From contig NW_027362764.1 in the NCBI RefSeq assembly GCF_046119375.1, forward strand, positions 705,188,001-705,252,000: 64,000 bases of DNA. Direction: 5' to 3'. Below the pieces are notes generated by a model, which searched no databases, had not been told where the DNA came from, and saw only the letters and a list, made by a program, of their open reading frames with translations. A program made the position numbers and the translations under genes. The stretch's first letter is position 1; each line of letters starts with the position of its first letter. Of this stretch, positions 60,955-64,000 are shown piece after piece. The stretch is from Phyllobates terribilis (taxonomy: Eukaryota).

Positions 60955-61657
60955 GATAGGATTAGATACATGGCCTGTGTCACATATGATCGGATTAGAT
61001 ACATGGCTTGTGGCAGACGATAAGATTAGATACATGGCCTGTGACAGATGATAGGATCAGCTACATGGCCTGTGGCTGACGATAGGATCAACTACATGGC
61101 CTGTGGCTGACGATAGGATCAGCTACATGGCCTGTGGCTGACGATGGGATCAGCTACATGGCCTGTGGCTGACGATGGGATCAGCTACATGGCCTGTGGC
61201 TGACGAGAGGGTCAGCTACATGGCCTGTGGCTGACGATAGGATCAGCTACATGGCCTGTGGCTCACGATAGGATCAGCTACATGGCCTGTGGCTCACGAT
61301 AGGATCAGCTACATGGCCTGTGGCTCACGATAGGATCAGCTACATGGCCTGTGGCAGACGATAGGATCAGCTACATGGCCTGTGGCTGACGATAGGATCA
61401 GCTACATGGCCTGTGGCTCACGATAAGATCAGCTACATGGCCTGTGGCTCAAGATAAGATCAGCTACATGGCCTGTGGCTCACGATAGGATCAGCTACAT
61501 GGCCTGTGGCTCACGATAGGATCAGCTACATGGCCTGTGGCTCACGATAGGATCAGCTACATGGCCTGTGGCTCACGATAGGATCAGCTACATGGCCTGT
61601 GGCTCACGATAGGATCAGCTACATGGCCTGTGGCTCACGATAGGATCAGCTACATGG
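60955..61657. repeat. 31-bp minisatellite, about 22 copies
   Basis: Unit GATAGGATCAGCTACATGGCCTGTGGCTCAC. Confidence 0.95.
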
Positions 61658-62735
61658 TCAGGGAAACTGCATCACACATGACATTCTTAGATACAAGGTT
61701 ATTGGTGAAGATGTTACCTCTGTAGTTCTGCTCTCATTGCTCAGAACAGGGCCGCTCTGATGCTCCGCTCGCTGCCTCTGCCCATCATCTCCTGTCACAG
61801 TTCGCTGCTAAACACTGTGAGCAGTGATGGGGCCAATGGTAGGTCAGAGCGCCGTTCTGGACTACAATAAGAAGTCGTCTGACTTCCCCCACAGGTGTGA
61901 TCTTGACAACCCAGGGGACGTGCCCAGTTCAACCCAGATATAGTTGAGCGAATTTGCGGCGTGTAAGTGTTGTATTCAGACAATTACACACCAGAAAATA
62001 AAAATGGCTGGCCCCAGTGGCTGCAGAAAAAATAGGTAAATTCATGTTTAAACATCACATTTTATCTTGTTTTTATTTTTTTTATAAATATATGATTATA
62101 TAATTATTAATGCAAAGTTCAAAGCCACAAAGCGTTACCTTTAAATTCACAGCCTGTCAGTTTCTGACATGGAAAGAGCACAGATTTGTGGTGGATGTTT
62201 CTCATTTAGTTCCGTGTGAAATAAGGGATCTACAATCCAGTCCTAGTCGAGCAATTTTGTTTGCAGTTTCCAACCATACCTGCAGGTGCAGATCTTCACC
62301 TGAGCGTTCCCCTGGTACCCCCATTCTGACACTTTCTGAGTCCCCTAATGGTCTCGGTCCATTGTCGCTGCATCATTGTCAGGTATCAGAATCCAGAGAC
62401 TACATGGATCCCCCCGGAAACTGTGGCTTGTAGATTTATTCTATTGAATTAGGGCCATAATTCGAGTGTGGACTCGAGAACATTCAACCTGCAAATCTGC
62501 ATCGTATATTCAGAGGTCGGCCTCAGATTGCTGCTTATTCCACTGCAAATACACACCTGATTTTTCCACAGTGATGTATCTGTCGTTGACTGTTTTCTAC
62601 AGCGTATTGGAAAATGCACATTATGTACTTGTGAGATGCCATCGAAGGGGGAAAAGCGCACTTTTAGACTGTAAATTCTGCTTTTAAATGTTTGTGAACC
62701 CAAAGAATTACTCACTGTTTCCATTTATCCAAGCA

Positions 62736-62857
62736 ATGAGTGGGATCTACCAAGGAACGACCAAAACCTGCGAAATACCAGTCGATCACCTCGATTACAA
62801 GTTCATTGAAGAATGTAAGGACATCAAACACCTTGAAAAGATCTTGAGAGTTTTGAG
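62736..62857 (+). CDS. SPAG1: Sperm-associated antigen 1, first coding exon; gene continues beyond the window
   Basis: ccaag|CA ATG; MSGIYQGTTKTCEIPVDHLDYKFIEECKDIKHLEKILRVL AG|gtaacg; resembles the human N-terminus (GTTKTFKIPIEHLDFKYIEKCSDVKHLEKILCVLR); synteny with POLR2K and FBXO43. Confidence 0.92.
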
Positions 62858-63179
62858 GTAACGCTTCATATATTCACCTAGGCTTCACTCAGACATACCT
62901 TTTTCACTGAGCACGCACCCATTACAGTTCATGTGGTTATTGAGTTGTCTGTATAAAAAAAAAAATATGGACAGAGAGTGTGCAGACCCCCTTTCCACCC
63001 CAAAAATGGAAACCTCAGTTTTTTATATGGGTCAGGTCTCAAACTTGTGCATTGAACTCAATGGGTCCATGAAAAATGCGCAGCACACATTTAAGTGCTG
63101 TTTTTCGATTTATTGGGGTGGAAATTAGTAAAAATAAACACATGGACCAAAAAAAAAGTTTAGTTTTTTTTTTCTCATA

Positions 63180-64000
63180 TCATAGAATCATAGAATGGTA
63201 GAGTTGGAAGGGACCTCCTGGGTCATCTGGTCCAACCCCCTGCTCAAAGCAGGATTCACTAGATCATCTCAGACAGATGTCTGTCCAGCCTCTGTTTGAA
63301 GACGTCCATTGAAGGGGAACTCACCACCTCTCGTGGCAGCCTGTTCCACTCATTAATCACCCTCACTGTCAAAAAGTTTTTTCTAATATCTAATCTGTGT
63401 CTCCTCCCATTTAGTTTCATCCCATTGCTTCTAGTCTTTCCTTGTGCAAATGAGTATAAAGATGATCCTTCTACAATGTGACAGCCCTTGACATATTTGT
63501 AGACAGCTATTAAGTCTCCTCTCAGTCTTCTTTTTTGCAAGCTAAACATTCCCAAATCCTGCAACCGTTCCTCATAGGACATGGTTTGCAGACCAGTCAC
63601 CATTCTGGTCGCTCTTCTCTGAACTTGCTCCAGTTTGTCGGTCTTTTTTAAAATGTGGTGCCCAAAACTGTACACAGTATTCCAGATGAGGTCTGACCAA
63701 AGAGGAGTAAAGACCGATAATGACTTCACGTGATCTAGACTGTATGCTTCTGTTAATACATCCCAGAATTGTATTTGCCTTTTTTGCTGCTGCATCACAC
63801 TGTTGACTCATGTTCAGTCTATGATCTATTAGTATACCTAAGTCTTTTTCACATGTACTGTTGCTTAGCTCTATTCCTCCCATTCTGTATATGCTTTTTT
63901 CATTTTTATTGCCCAGATGTAGTACTTTGCATTTTTCCCTGTTAAAAACCATTCTGTTGGTTGCTGCCCACTGCTCCAGTTTATTTAGGTCTTTTTGAAT
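63180..64000 (-). mobile_element. CR1 LINE 3' end (C-terminal RT and 3' UTR)
   Basis: LVRPHLEYCVQFWAPH, KLEQVQRRATRM, RRLRGDLI; terminal (ATTCTATG)n-type repeat at 63180-63196. Confidence 0.95.

Noticed and set aside
59954-61657. CRISPR interpretation of the 47-bp and 31-bp arrays
   Set aside because: Contiguous tandem units, no spacers, no cas genes, vertebrate intron

Overview
Eukaryotic genomic DNA, very probably from a frog (inferred from the XErp1-like protein and T2/TTAA MITE families). It holds three host genes in the order and orientation of human 8q22: FBXO43/Emi2 (minus; four coding exons, 665 aa from the exon-2 ATG, all known XErp1 regulatory motifs present), POLR2K (plus; 58 aa; last intron is U12-type) and the 5' end of SPAG1 (plus; promoter, non-coding exon 1, first coding exon). 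Most of the rest is transposon-derived. There are two near-full-length but mutated DIRS1-type tyrosine-recombinase retrotransposons (1442-6780 minus, inside a Tc1; 46718-51657 plus, inside an L1), a second full-length Tc1 in the same L1, a solo LTR, a CR1 3' end, a V-SINE fragment, many Kolobok/T2-, Harbinger-, hAT- and piggyBac-like non-autonomous elements (often nested) and several minisatellites. Best leads: a probable spliceosomal intron in a DIRS gag; an antisense splice donor and promoter-like region shared by both DIRS; a minisatellite of RFX X-box-like units in SPAG1 intron 1; a sense-oriented solo LTR that could be an alternative Emi2 promoter; and outward-facing splice donors in many unrelated MITE cores. 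I found no clear evidence of a wholly new multi-gene system. All family assignments were made by eye, without database searches.
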